A model generated the notes under the pieces. That model was not told the origin of the DNA. It did no database searches and was given only the letters and a program-made list of their open reading frames with translations. Source: Eledone cirrhosa (Eukaryota). From it: a stretch of 64,000 bases of DNA. Below are positions 12,801 through 25,559 of the stretch, in pieces. The position numbers and the translations under genes were made by a program. The DNA is taken from assembly GCA_964016885.1 (NCBI GenBank), contig OZ024740.1, positions 409,882,001 to 409,946,000 on the forward strand. Direction: 5' to 3'. The stretch's first letter is position 1. Every line of letters begins with the position of its first letter.

Positions 12801-14070
12801 ATCTTGTTATACCATCATATAGCCAGTTTCCATGCTGGCATGGGTTGGAAGCACTGTTATGGTTTGAGTCAGTTCATATTCAGAGTTACGGTTTGCTTGT
12901 AGCTTTCAATTTTTGGCATGGTTTCTATGGCTGGTCTTCCTAATCCTAAATGACCCTAAATACTTAACTGAGTGTACCGGGTGCATTTTATTGTGGCACC
13001 AGCACCTATAGGTTGTCATGTCCTCAACAAGACTAAAGCGCTGTCTGTCTCGGTCTCTCTTAATTTTAAGCATGTTAAAATGTTACAGATGTCAATAGAT
13101 GGTTGCTTCACGCTTTAGTAACTATAATTTCATTATCTTCTGTTAATGAAATCCATTGCTAGTTAATTAAATTTATCTTGAGCAAATTCATATTCTCCAT
13201 AAAATCTTTCTATATTTGTAGTCTAATGACGCATGACATGACCATACTCTTGACAGTGTTTTTTTTACCTATATCTTCAATAAATTTCCAAAATAATTAA
13301 ACATTTAAAAGATTTTAAATACAACTTAAAATATAACAATTTATCTGAACATCCATTTTATGTTTATAGCTGTGTCACCAAAGTTAAGCAATGTTGAGCC
13401 TAGTTAGATGGGTGATATAAGCATGTTTAGAGAGGCATGGGCATGAGTTTTATCTCACTGCGTGGCATCTTGAGTGTCTTCTAGTAGAGCCTGAAGCTAT
13501 TTTGGGTGCTGAAAACTATGGAAACCTGTTGTAAATTTTAAAATATAATGGTCATGAAAAGAACATGATGATGATGTGTATTAGTTCATGTGTTTTAACA
13601 TCTTTGCTTCACATTTAACAGCTAGTGGTGTTTTTGTTCCCCACAAACAGCAGTCCTGCAGTGATTCAACATGTGAAGATTAGTATCTTGATTAAAAATA
13701 GAAAAGAAAAGAAAAACAAGAGCATCATGTAGAATACTGCTTCAAAAGTCTTATTGAAAGCCATGCTAGCATGGAACATAATGATGCTGATGTTATAATG
13801 CAAAATCAGTAAAGATTTTAATTTGAATATGAGCATTCATTATAGGTAGCTTTGACTGCGTTTGTATTGAGAGGATTAAGCTGCTTTATAACTAAATATA
13901 AGGTGTTGAACAACTCTGTGTGTGCTTATCAGGCTGTTCAGTTGTGAACTAATGGATAGTTTCAATAAATTGTCCTTTCTTTATGATGGCTAGAATTAGC
14001 AGATGTGAATTCTAAAGTGCTGTTGTTGGATCTATGCTATGTTTACATGAAATCTGTTTTATTTCTATAG

Positions 14071-14475
14071 GAAACCAGTTGGGGAACTTGGTGTCAACTT
14101 GAGTCCTAATGTTACCAGTGGTGTTCCAGTTGTTTCATCAACATCTCAGTCATCGGCTTCAGTCATTCAGGCCCCTGTTCTGGTAGGCTCTGCAAGTGGT
14201 GCTACTTCTCAAGTGCACAGTACTGGCCCTCCATCTGCTATTCAACAAGCTATCCAGGCTACATTGGCCTCTATTGAACTTCCTCCACAACCATCTGTTG
14301 TCCTTCAGCAACAAGTTCAACAACATCAACAATCTGCCTCACAGCAAGCACAGTCAGCTGTAAGTAGTTCATCGACTGTTGCATCTGCTGGATCTATAAC
14401 TCCTATCACACAGAAGCAAGCTCCAGCTCAAGTTGTCATTGATGGCAATAAGACAGATTCTTCCTCAAACAGCAG
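14071..14475 (+). CDS. PRPF40A: PRPF40A exon, S/Q/A-rich low-complexity linker
   Basis: ttctatag acceptor; open frame KPVGELGVNLSPNV...SAIQQAIQATLASIELP...DSSSNS; gtaaac donor; phase 2/2. Confidence 0.85.
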
Positions 14476-15197
14476 GTAAACTGCATGGCTTATTTGATAC
14501 TGTGTTCATTGGATAAAGCTAGTTCTGTGATTAAGCGTAGCAAGGGTAGTTGCTAAGGAGTGATAGCGCAGGAAGGGTATGTGGATGCGATAGATCAGTT
14601 CAAGTTATATATAGGGTATGGTTAAAGAATGCCTAATTTGATGGTTAGATTTGTTAAAATACTATTTATTTACCACTTATGTCAATAAGGTTGATCAAAT
14701 CTGTTTTCTGCGTTAAGATTGAGATATCTAGCTTATAGCTGACATAATGCTCGTTAGTATGCTAACAGTTAATAACTAATTAAAATAAATGAAGAAGCAT
14801 CTTTGTACAATTGTTAAAAAATGTTCATTATGTTAGACATATTGTAGAAATATACAAGGCAATTTGTTTAACATAAATCACTAAGATATTGGTAGCTACA
14901 TTATAAAAAAAAGGATATTAAATAGGAAAAGTAAAAATCTCTTGTAGAGGACGGCCAACCATCACATTGCACTTTGGTATTATGACTGAAACATAGAGGC
15001 AGTATATTCCAATCAGAAATACAATTATGAAATAGTTGTTGACCCATAGTGAATTTTGACTTCAGTTTTAATAGGGTCCAATTTGAAGCACTTGACTGTT
15101 GACATTGAACTCTTTAGCTTCCACTATTTGAACAACTAATTGTTCAATTTTGGTTGTTGACTGCCCCTAGTTTTTTAATAATCTTTCTTTTCTGTAG

Positions 15198-15297
15198 CAG
15201 CGAAGGAGAAGAAGATGATAAAACAGAGAGGAAAGAATATATTTTCCGGAACAAAAAGGAAGCTATTGAAGCATTTAAAACTCTCCTACGAGAAAGG
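15198..15297 (+). CDS. PRPF40A: PRPF40A exon, start of FF1 (tandem acceptor, 15198 or 15201)
   Basis: tgtagcag NAGNAG acceptor; SEGEEDDKTERKEYIFRNKKEAIEAFKTLLRER; gtaagt donor. Confidence 0.93.
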
Positions 15298-15414
15298 GTA
15301 AGTACAGTTTTAATATATTTCCATCATATAAAATGAAAATTATGAATTAACCTCTAATACTTTTAATATAAATGATATTACGTATACTGTATTATCATTG
15401 TTTAACATCTATTT

Positions 15415-15486
15415 TATTGGGTCGTCAAGTATGAAATCTGTAGAAATTTTTATTTTTCTACAAATTTCATACTTGACGACCCAATA
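15415..15486. mobile_element. 72-bp Tc1/mariner-type mini-MITE (MADE1-like palindrome)
   Basis: TATTGGGTCGTCAAGTATGAAAT(C/T)TGTAGAAA arms, 31/32 complementary, TA at both ends. Confidence 0.85.
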
Positions 15487-15763
15487 CTAATAAATTCCTT
15501 TTATATATCTTATTCAATTCCTAGGGGTTTGTTGATTTTTGACTTTTCATTCCCACTTACATGTATTGGTGTAAACACAATTCAGATGTTTTTTCTTTAA
15601 AGTATTTAGCTTTTATGAATCTTGACCAAACTACTGACATAGCAATGTGGCATTGAATAATAGATCACATAGTATTTAGATATACTATTTCAGTGTTTTT
15701 ATAGGATTTGGATGAGACTTGTCATTGAGATTTGAAGTAATGTTCCTTTTGTTTGAGCTATAA

Positions 15764-16018
<255 letters not shown>

Positions 16019-16107
16019 TGAGATGTTCACTTGTATGATTATAAGCTTTGTATGTTACTGTGGAGCTTTGACACCTTATTATACTGATTTATCTGTTGTC
16101 ATTTCAG

Positions 16108-16199
16108 GAAGAACAACGACTTCGAACCAAACAAGCTAAAGAAGACCTCGAGAATTTTCTATTAAATAGTGACAAAATGAATTCTACTGTAAAATATTG
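16108..16199 (+). CDS. PRPF40A: PRPF40A exon, FF2 first part
   Basis: EEQRLRTKQAKEDLENFLLNSDKMNSTVKY; tttcag acceptor, gtatgt donor; phase 0/2. Confidence 0.93.
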
Positions 16200-17197
16200 G
16201 TATGTATATTTCAGTTTGATGTCTGATTATCATTGTATTTATAGATTGAACTTCAACCTACAGAACTTTGTGAATCTTTTGCATAGCAAATGTCTCATCT
16301 ATAGACAAGTGGGTGGCCTTTCTGTTCATCAGAAGATAATAGTCTTCACATCTCATCTTCATCACTGTCATCATAAAACATCTATTTTAAACATTACTTT
16401 TAGTTTCTTTATTTAGTGGCATGGATTATTATGAAGGCAAATTGTGCTCCATTATATTTCACTATCAGTGAATTACTTATACTGTTTTCTTGATTGAGTT
16501 CATATCATTGGGGTGCTCAGTTAATTCATAGCAGCACCATATGTAAATTTTACAGATCTTTTTTCCATGTTGGTGAAACAGTATCCTGAAAGAAAAATTA
16601 TATATTATGCTAGATTCTTCACCTGAAAATTGCCTCAAAAGTCTATTTTGAATAGCAATAATTATATCTAAATAGAGAGTGACTTTTGAGACACCCTGTA
16701 TTTACTTGCTTCACATTGAATTACCTTTTTGCCAATATGGGAGCTTCTCTGATTGCTTGACCTACTAGGAATATCAGTCAAAATATCCTTCAAATCACAC
16801 TTTACTTTTTAAGGATAGAATAAAGTAATTCTAGATAGTCCTAAAAAATAGGATGGCCATGACCGAAATACCTTTGATCATAAGCCTACTAGATCAGGAT
16901 TGATCTGAGCTTAGCAATAACAACTATTTTGCTTTTTATTGAATTGATTTTTGCTGTCACTCACTACAATGTATCATTTCAAATTGAAATAATTATCTTT
17001 AACATAAAAAAATCTAGCACAAAACAAGCCAATAGTTTGATTATCTATCTTTATGGGTATGGTATTATTTTTCTTTTCTTATTGTCATGCTTAGTTTCTA
17101 TGTTAATTTGTATTTTCTTATTATTTGTGCCCAAATCTCTCTTTTATATACAATTTCATCTGATCTAATAACTGATATTTTTTTCTTTGTATTTTAG

Positions 17198-17306
17198 GAA
17201 AGCAGATAATATTTTTGGTGATTTGGATGTCTGGAAAAATGTCTGTGATCGTGATCGACGGGAACTCTTCGAAGATGTCTTACATATGTTGGCAAAGAGA
17301 GAAAAG
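17198..17306 (+). CDS. PRPF40A: PRPF40A exon, FF2 second part
   Basis: (W)KADNIFGDLDVWKNVCDRDRRELFEDVLHMLAKREK; ttttag acceptor, gttagc donor. Confidence 0.93.
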
Positions 17307-17913
17307 GTTAGCTTCCCCAATCAGAATTTTGTTTCTGACATTCCTGCCCTGTTTTCATCTTTAAATAGTATAGTAGTTTATGAGAATTATCTACATGGGA
17401 GAATTTGGTTCCATTTTACTATTGCTATTTAATAGTTATCTTCTCTCAACTATGGTTGGTCAAGACAATCGTCACCTCATTTGATTGTAAATGTTTTACT
17501 TTGTCATATAGAGTTGAAGGAAGGCTTAGAGGGAAATTTAAAAATGTTTTGTCAAGTGACCCCAATTTTTCTTATCAAGTATTGCGACAAAAAGTAAATG
17601 TAATGAGAGAAAAGCGATTGTGTTGATCAAACTGAGATAGTATAGGGTTTGAGAGGGCCCTTCAGCCAGGATGAACACCTGGCAACCTCTGTAGTGCTAG
17701 AGCTGGATCCATGATTAAATGAACCTAGTACACCCTGTACAGTGTTGGTGCTACAAAATAATAATAAAAAAAAAAATATTTAGTTCATTGAATTGCTGTG
17801 ACTTTCAGAGTAAGTTAAATGTAAATGGGATAATAATAGATAGCAGCAACCAAAATACAAATAAAATTTTGTGTTAAAATAATTGTTTTACTTTTTATCT
17901 GTTCACAATACAG

Positions 17914-18064
17914 GAAGAAGCCAAAGCCTTACGAAAGCGTAATATTAAAGTGTTTTCTGAAATCCTTGATAGTATGCCAAGTCTGACATATTGTACAACA
18001 TGGTCAGATGCACAACAGATGTTACTTGACAATCCCAGATTTACAGAAGATCCAGATTTACAAA
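17914..18064 (+). CDS. PRPF40A: PRPF40A exon, FF3
   Basis: EEAKALRKRNIKVFSEILDSMPSLTYCTTWSDAQQMLLDNPRFTEDPDLQ; tacag acceptor, gtgagt donor; phase 0/1. Confidence 0.95.
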
Positions 18065-18102
18065 GTGAGTGTTTTCAAACTAAAGTTTTATGTTGCATTA
18101 TT

Positions 18103-18285
18103 AAGGCAGTATCAGTAGAGGGTCGGACACCATGCTTTGCAGCAAAGAGTTACGGCCCTTTATGGTCTGAGTTCAAATCCCGCCGAGGTTAACTTTGCCT
18201 TTCATCCTAACAGCGTCGATAAAATAAAGTACCAGTAATACACTGGGATAATGGCTGGCTCTGTGCCAAAAGTAGAAACAATTAT
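18103..18285 (+). mobile_element. tRNA-related SINE with conserved central domain
   Basis: B-box gagttcaaatcc followed by gcctttcatcc...gtcgataaaataaagtaccag; many copies in the window. Confidence 0.85.
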
Positions 18286-18854
18286 TAACTCTTTCTTCTA
18301 TGACGGTGGCCACTGATTACCTCTCTGAACAACATTGATATTTTGACTCAAGTTCCCTAAGCTGAATAGTGGAACTTGATATTTATTTAACATGTCCATA
18401 CAAACATTGCTGTGAAGTTATAAAGATAAAAACATAAAATTTTCACTGAAAGTTCAAAAATAATATTTTTTTTCTGCATATTGCAAAAAAGTTCATTATA
18501 TTTACATTTCGTTAAATTAAATAAACAATTTTATATAATACTAGCAGTTTAGCCCAGCGTTGCTCGGGTTTGTTCATTTGCTATGAAAAGTTACATACAG
18601 GTAAACGTGGTTTGAAAGTGAATAAGCTTATCAATTAAGTGCATAAAGCAGTTGAACCGGTTATTAAAAGTTACGAACCAATTAGCATTTTGGTCAATCA
18701 ATGATGGGTTAATAATCCTCCAATAGCGAATTTAGTAGACCAAAGTTGCAAGATGGTGGCCCTGATGCCGCTGGGTGTCAGATCTGTCCGCCATGGGATA
18801 CCCTACCAGGAAATAGTGTTCCAGACGGCATAGCTCCAACACCTGCACCAACAT

Positions 18855-20115
18855 CTATAGCACCTCTTTGTAGACGATATTGCGTGTCATCTCTTGAGGA
18901 GAGTAAGCAAAAAGTCCATTCCCGCTCCCTGCGCGGGAACAGGCAACATAAAGTTGGCCATGGGAGAAGCATGGCTCCTCCAAATGGATGCCCGCCACCG
19001 ACAATGTTTGCCCTTGTGACTTGTTAATGGACATGGCAAAACATGGTCCCACCGGGAATTGTGATCGTCGGAAATCGAACGGGATACCTGACGCCGAGGG
19101 GAAAAGGTTCATCCTTGGAATGAAAACATTCTCCCCTCTTCCGCACCCCGTTACAATGGTGGCCTCAATCAAGTGGGTGTCAGTGACTTGACGACCATGC
19201 GAGTACCGTTGCACTGCTTTGGTGGACGCAAGTTCCTTATTAGCATAATGGGACAGCCAACCCTAAGCTTAATAATGTGAGGTGGGAGCCCTCGGGGCTC
19301 AAGGAGATTTAATAACTCAACCGGATAATTAACGATATCGTCGGGGTCTGATTTGAAGATGTGCTCTTTGCCGGGAATCTTCTCAATCAGCTGCTCGTTA
19401 ATAAAATTAACCATGGTATTTTTCGGAGCAAGGATGGCTCTTTCGCTGAGCCAATCGAGGTTTTTAAAGTTAGATGAGACATTAGGAAAAACTGCTTCCC
19501 AAAAGTCAGAAGGGCTGCTCACAATGTTGCACAGGGTGTCGATTGCTATGCCGCCCTTGTCATCCGCAGGGATCTTGCCCTCACCAAGTGCTAAAATGTT
19601 TTGTGCTGCAGACATGTCACCATGCAAATGAGCACGCATATTTGTGCTCAGGTACAAACTATTCACCTGGAGCCACAACATGGACGACTTAAGACAGGCA
19701 CGCACTTCATCAGCTCTTGTCCATTTGGGGATGACAGGCAGCGTTTTCCGAAAATCCCCTGATAGCAGAAGGGTTACGCCACCCATAGGAGCCGTAGAAT
19801 CCCTAATGTCTTTCCGGGCCCTGTCCAATGCCTCAAGGGCACCCTTGTGTGCCATTGTGCACTCATCCCAAACAATGAGGCAACATCTTTTGAGAACCAG
19901 AGCTTTGTGTGAACTCTTGCTGATATTGCATGTTGGTGTCTCAGTTTTTACTAAATCCAAAGGGAGTTTAAAGGTTGAATGTGCTGTCCTGCCTCCCGGC
20001 AGCAAAGTAGCAGCGATCCCGGACGATGCAACGGACAACGCAACTTTTTTCTCCTGACGAATCTTAGCGAGAATCAAATTCGTTACAAAAGTTTTTCCGG
20101 TACCCCCAGGAGCGT
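18855..20115 (-). pseudogene. Helitron PIF1-like helicase domain (frameshifted near 19190)
   Basis: ORFs 19169-20077 and 18855-19214 carry the PIF1 motifs including FSHGQLYVACSR. Confidence 0.92.
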
Positions 20116-20149
20116 TTTTTATTGGGGGGATCCGCGTTTTTTTTTTGTC

Positions 20150-20828
20150 CTTGAGGTATAACCAGTCAGTAGTTCCTTCAAAGGCTCTGGTGGTTCCGGA
20201 AGAGGGGACAAGGTGACGTTACCGTTTAAGCAGCACATTGCAGGTGGCTCCCCAGCCCACTGAGTAGCAGAGCGCATCAAGTAATTAACGTTTTGCTCAT
20301 ACTTGAAAGCCCGTAGGTGCCAGTAAGGGCTGTTGGGGCTCGTCACACCGCGTGCAGCTTCTCGCCGTCAACTGTTACGCTTGAACGTAGAACATTGGTC
20401 GTGTGGTTGGTGGGAAGGTCTGGCAGCAATAGCAGAAGCAACATTTGCAATGCTAATGGACCGCCCGTCTGCATATTCAGAAGCCATGGAAGTAGTCATA
20501 GCCGCAGCGTCCGTAGGAAGGCGAGCCGTCCGTTGTTTTAAACGTTCCAAAGACCTGGAAGCAGCATTAGTCGCAGCGTTTCTAGCCAGGCGCTTCGACC
20601 TTTGTTCACGGCTCTCTGAAGCCCTGGAAGAAGCCTGGTATGAAGCCATTTTGGCTAGGCGTGCGGTGCGCTGTTGGAAACTTTCAGCGGCTCGACATTC
20701 TGCTGAACGTAAGGCTGTCTGTGAAAGTCTTGAAGCATTTTCCTCAGAGGATCGTTTGCTATAGTAGCCTTTTGCGCCACTGCTGATGCGGTATGTCGAC
20801 TGAGGCGACTTCTCTTTTTAGGTGGCAT
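20150..20828 (-). pseudogene. Helitron RepHel N-terminus with 23-aa STPR-like repeats and the CC..G.V.L..L..PP..L..LL.G motif
   Basis: MPPKKRSRL start; AESFQQRTARL / SESREQRSKRL / LERLKQRTARL spaced 23 aa apart; MCCLNGNVTLSPLPEPPEPLKELLTG. Confidence 0.8.
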
Positions 20829-20839
20829 TTTATGTCCAA

Positions 20840-21258
20840 AAGAAAGGGTGAAAGTTACTTCTACAGAAAAATTGACTTTGAAAGTCTACTGTCTATTTAT
20901 GAATATTGTTATTGTTGTTGTGATACAAATGTTAGTAAGTAAATGGGTATCGAAAAATAAAGGGTGAAAGTTACTTTAACATAAAAATTGACTTTGAAAG
21001 TATAAGGCTGATAATTGAATGTAAAAAGATTGATAAGAAAGGCCCCCCCAAAAAAATGTACAGGTATTTGTATGTATGTGTGTATTTTTATGTAGAAAAG
21101 AAAGGGTTAAAGTTACTTCTACAGAAAAACATAGTTTGAAAGTGTAAGGCCGATGTGTGTGTAAATTAAGTGACAGGTATTTGTATGTATGTGTGTATGA
21201 AAGTGTAAGGCCGATGTGTGTGTGTAAATTAAGTGACAGGTATTTGTATGTATGTGTG

Positions 21259-21290
<32 letters not shown>

Positions 21291-21490
21291 TGTATGTATG
21301 AAAGGTTGAAAGTTACTTCAACATAAAAATTGACTTTGAAAGTATAAGGCTGATAATTGAATGTAAAAAGATTGATAAGGCCCCAAAAAAAAAATTTACA
21401 GGTATTTGTATATATGTGTATTTTTATGTCGAAAATAAAGGGTTAAAGTTACTTATACCAAAAAATTTAGTTTGAAAGTGTAAGGCTTTA
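20840..21490. repeat. Helitron subterminal repeats plus (TATG)n
   Basis: About 5 copies of aagggt(g/t)aaagttactt...actttgaaagt; ~60-bp tandem duplication at 21139-21260; (tatg)n at 21262-21300. Confidence 0.85.
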
Positions 21491-23464
21491 TCATTATATG
21501 CTATTGTTATTTCTAAAACAAACTGTGTATGCGTTGATTGATTGAAATTCCCGCGTTCCTGTTTCTATGACGTCAATCGTAACCATACCAACATATATGT
21601 GTGTGTATGCACCCACATATATGTGTGTATATGTTTTTTTTCAATGTTTCTCTTTTTCACAAACACTTATAAGAGAAGGTAGCAATTTTGAGGGGAGGTG
21701 ATGAATGGGAGTAGATATAGGAAACGTATATCATATGAGAGAGGAGAAATCATCGATTGTTGAAATAAATCGATTTTTCCGTAATTGTGGCATTTTTTAG
21801 CCAATAAGATCGCCCATGACCCAAGTTAGAATATTTGTAAACATTCTGCTTAATTATTCATTCAATATTTTTGGAATTGTGTAAATGTATAAAATTGAAA
21901 CGTACATACAGACACAAAAATCTGCCTTTTATAGATAATGATAATATGAGCAAAAACATGAAAAATCATTATTTTCTTTAACTCTCAACATATATCTATA
22001 TAATATATATATGGAAGCTTGTTTATATCAATTGCTAGAAATGTTCAAGATGAAATGGCTGATACAGAGGTTCACTTTGCACTGTTCACATCCTGCTTTT
22101 TGTTCCCTTCTAATGTTCTGTTTGGAACACTGTTTACACCCCCACTCAAGTCTCAGGTTTTTTTACCCCACTAAGTCTACAGGCCAGTGGACCAGGGTAA
22201 CATATTCCAGGGACCTTTTTCTTTTATAAGAATAGTCACTGATTAGTTGGTGGGCCAGATTCATTCTGAAAACCAACTGAGTATATTTTTGTTCTTGTCT
22301 TTTTTTTTAAACAGGAGTTTGTGATTTGGTGACTCTTTCATCAGCCCAAACAATGAACATATACCCACATCAATAATAAAATAAAACAGATATTTCCACC
22401 ATTTGTTGGACTTCCTTCCAATGCAGTAGGTGGCCTTCAACTGGTCTGCATGGTCCACACCATTCATGTGCTCAGTATAATTTTTTTTATTGGTTTTGGA
22501 CATGAAACATTGTGAAATTCCCTGGTCTTTTGTTTATGCTGGACACCTGTTTAGTCATTTGGACTGGCATTGGCTGTCAGCAGTGTTACAGTCTTCTTAT
22601 CATGCCAAGCCATTGCTACTAGGTTACCTTTTTGTTTTTGAATCAAGTCAACTTGTTTTTTAATATGGCTGAGGTGATGTTTATATACTGTGCTGCAAGC
22701 ATAAGTCCCATTCTGTAGAAGTTCTCAAAGAATTTTACAGAAGAAAAGAAATTATTATAATCCATGTGGTGGTTTTGTCCCCATATGTCTCTTGTGAGAT
22801 CCTTCACAACCCTTTCTCTAAGTCCTTAATCGGGCTGATTTGAAACTTTCCCAGTATAACCTTGGAAGTTATTCACATAATCATAACCGCCTATGTGTGG
22901 GTCTGCTACTACATACTTCCAGCTTGTTAGGCTTGTACACATCACAGCTATCTCCATCGCTGCAGGCCTTTTCAAATGTCTGTTATCTGTTCAGGGTCTA
23001 AGAAGTTCTTGCGCGTGAATTTGATTATATTGGATGTGGCTTGCACATTGGCTAACTGAATACACATGCTTTTTTTCTCAAAAACATTTTTTCTGTTCCT
23101 TCCTCTTTTCACTTTTCTATTTCATCTTTTATTTCTCATTCTATCTTCTGATGAAGAACTAGTGTCTGAAACATTAAGACCCTTTCCTTGCAATATCAAG
23201 CGTGTTTTTGTGTTCTTAGCAATTTCAAGTGCCATGTGTATCCTTGTAATAGGTACATCATGTCTCTGTATGTCATAAAAGACAGTTAAATGGGTTAATG
23301 ACAGAAAGGGCAACTGGCCCAGTCAAATCCATGCTAGCATGGAAAAGCAGGCATAAAGTAAAAATGATGATGATAATTATTAGATACTTGATATTATTGA
23401 GAAGCAGTGACAATATACCATGATGACAAAGTATTCAACATTATTACCCATTAACAAATGTTGA

Positions 23465-23698
<234 letters not shown>

Positions 23699-23829
23699 TA
23701 ATCCCTTTGACAAGTTGGGATATTAAAATGTCACTGAAAGTCGAAGCACATAAATAGTTGTTTACGTTTTACACACGTAGTCGTACCCTGAGTACAGTTG
23801 GAGTTTAAGGGGTACTTGTTTCTGATGTA

Positions 23830-24750
23830 AAATACTTAGTGATTAGATGAAACAAGGTGACAATACAGAGGCAAAAAGGGAACCTGTTGGCAACGGCCTG
23901 GCATGATAAGAGAACGGTGACGCTGCTGACCACAAACTCCAGTTCCAATGATTTAACAAGTGTCTGGTGAAAACAAAAGACTGGGGAACACTGTTGTGCC
24001 ATGTCCAAGGGAAATAAAAGACTACATAGAGCACAAGGGAGTGGACTGTGCAGACCAGTTGAGACCCAGCTACTGCATTGGAAAGAAGTCGAATAAATGG
24101 TGGAAGTATTTGTTTATTTTGTCTAGAAAAGGCAAGGGAGAAATGTACCCAGTTGGGTTTCAAAATGAAACTGGCTCATCAACTTATTCCTGTAAAAGGA
24201 AAATATCCCTGGAAGAAGTTCCCCAGGTTCAGGGTGCCACACAGGCCAGTAGACTTCGGAAAAAAAAGAGAACTTGCAAACAGCATTCCAAACAAAATAT
24301 TAGATGGGAAACAAAAACAGACTGTAAGCAATGCAAAGTAAATCTGTATTAATTATAAGAAGATATGTGATTCAAAGCTGTGATAATGTGAAAGGTAAGG
24401 TACGATTTAAGATAAAAGAAGGTAACAAAGCTGCTCTGTTATACCTGTTCTTTATTCAAATACGACCTTAATTTTCGGGATAAAATCTCATCATCAGAAG
24501 TCAAAAACCTTGGAAAATAGAGAAAACGTTTTAGCTTGTATGTGCCATCTTTTTCTGTATTGTTTCAAGCTCTATCAACTGGATCATTTCCCTTAAAGTT
24601 ATGTATATGTTGATACAAAATATTGTTTTCATGCTTTTGCTTACATTAAATAGTCTATTTAATAATTTTGCAATATCCTTTAGAAAATTCAATTTGGAAG
24701 CTTCATTGAAAATATGCTTTTATCTTAATAATCTATAAACTTAGAGCAAT
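23830..24750 (+). mobile_element. Decayed piggyBac fragment, same family as 18289-23285 but opposite orientation
   Basis: GNLLATAWHDKRTVTLLTT, KGVDCADQLRPSYCIGKKSNKWWKYLF and CKQ...CKQCKVNL; 3' subterminal similarity to 18420-18540 plus 21940-22010. Confidence 0.82.
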
Positions 24751-25559
24751 TACTTTTCACTATTTGGCTGAGGGAGGTAGTGTCAAAACAAAAGGAGGTA
24801 AAAGTAATCATACACAACCACATGGGAAAAAGGAATCAATTCTTATTTTGTTTTTATATAAAACATTTATACAGAATGACAACAAAAAATGTTGTCTCAT
24901 TTCCATGCTTTATCTATTTTGTTTAACTTGTAAAAGTCTGAATAATGAATTATGGCAGTTCTGTTTTGATGAATTTTGGAATTAGTTCATAAGAAAGTAG
25001 TGGACATTAGATTGGTTTTCCTGAATTATCATTTGTAAGTAAATTCAACTGATATGATAGTATGAGTGGCAAAAGACACAATGTGAAAAACCAAAGATTT
25101 TATAGTTCAAATAATTTTATTAATTTCTATGACCATTTCAATTTATTGAAATGTAATTGCAAACATCATACAGATTAATTAATTAAATCAATAAACAATT
25201 GCAATCGCATTTCACAAATCTCCTCAGGATGTAAAATTTAGATTTGGGAATAAATGTCCCAATTACCAGGTAGGTATGTAATGATAAGCAACTTACAGAC
25301 ATATAAAGTGAATAGTAGTTTTAAAACCAGAAGCAAAGTATTGGAAAGCATTAATGTTTAGTATTATGCAACATGATTTAAGCACCAAAAAAGTCTAATA
25401 TGTAGAGGGTAATAGTTAATACTGTTGATATATGCAAACACAAGTATATATTTACAAAATGCTAATATCAATAATGCATTCATTTGAATGTGTAACTTTT
25501 TTTCAAATACGGCTTAACAGCGGTATTAGACTAAACACGGTTTATGGAGATGCAATGTT

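Larger units (their letters stand above)
18541..21935 (-). mobile_element. Helitron with both termini intact and the Rep domain deleted
   Basis: Minus strand: A|TCTATAAAAGGCAG 5' end, CCCGAGCAACGCTGGG hairpin then CTAG|T 3' end; PIF1 helicase motifs APGGTGKT, ASSGIAATLLPGGRTAHS, WDE, GDF and FAMSINKSQGQTL. Confidence 0.93.
18289..23285 (-). mobile_element. Decayed piggyBac transposon interrupted by a Helitron
   Basis: TTAA at 18285-18288 and 23286-23289 with imperfect TIRs (ctctttcttctatgac / gtcataaaagacag); transposase remnants MNGVDHADQLKATYCIGRKSNKWWKYLFYF (22261-22503) and a Cys-rich C-terminus at ~22050-22140. Confidence 0.75.

Noticed and set aside
18855-20077. Host PIF1 helicase gene nested in the intron
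   Set aside because: Frameshifted, intronless and enclosed by Helitron TC...hairpin-CTAG termini
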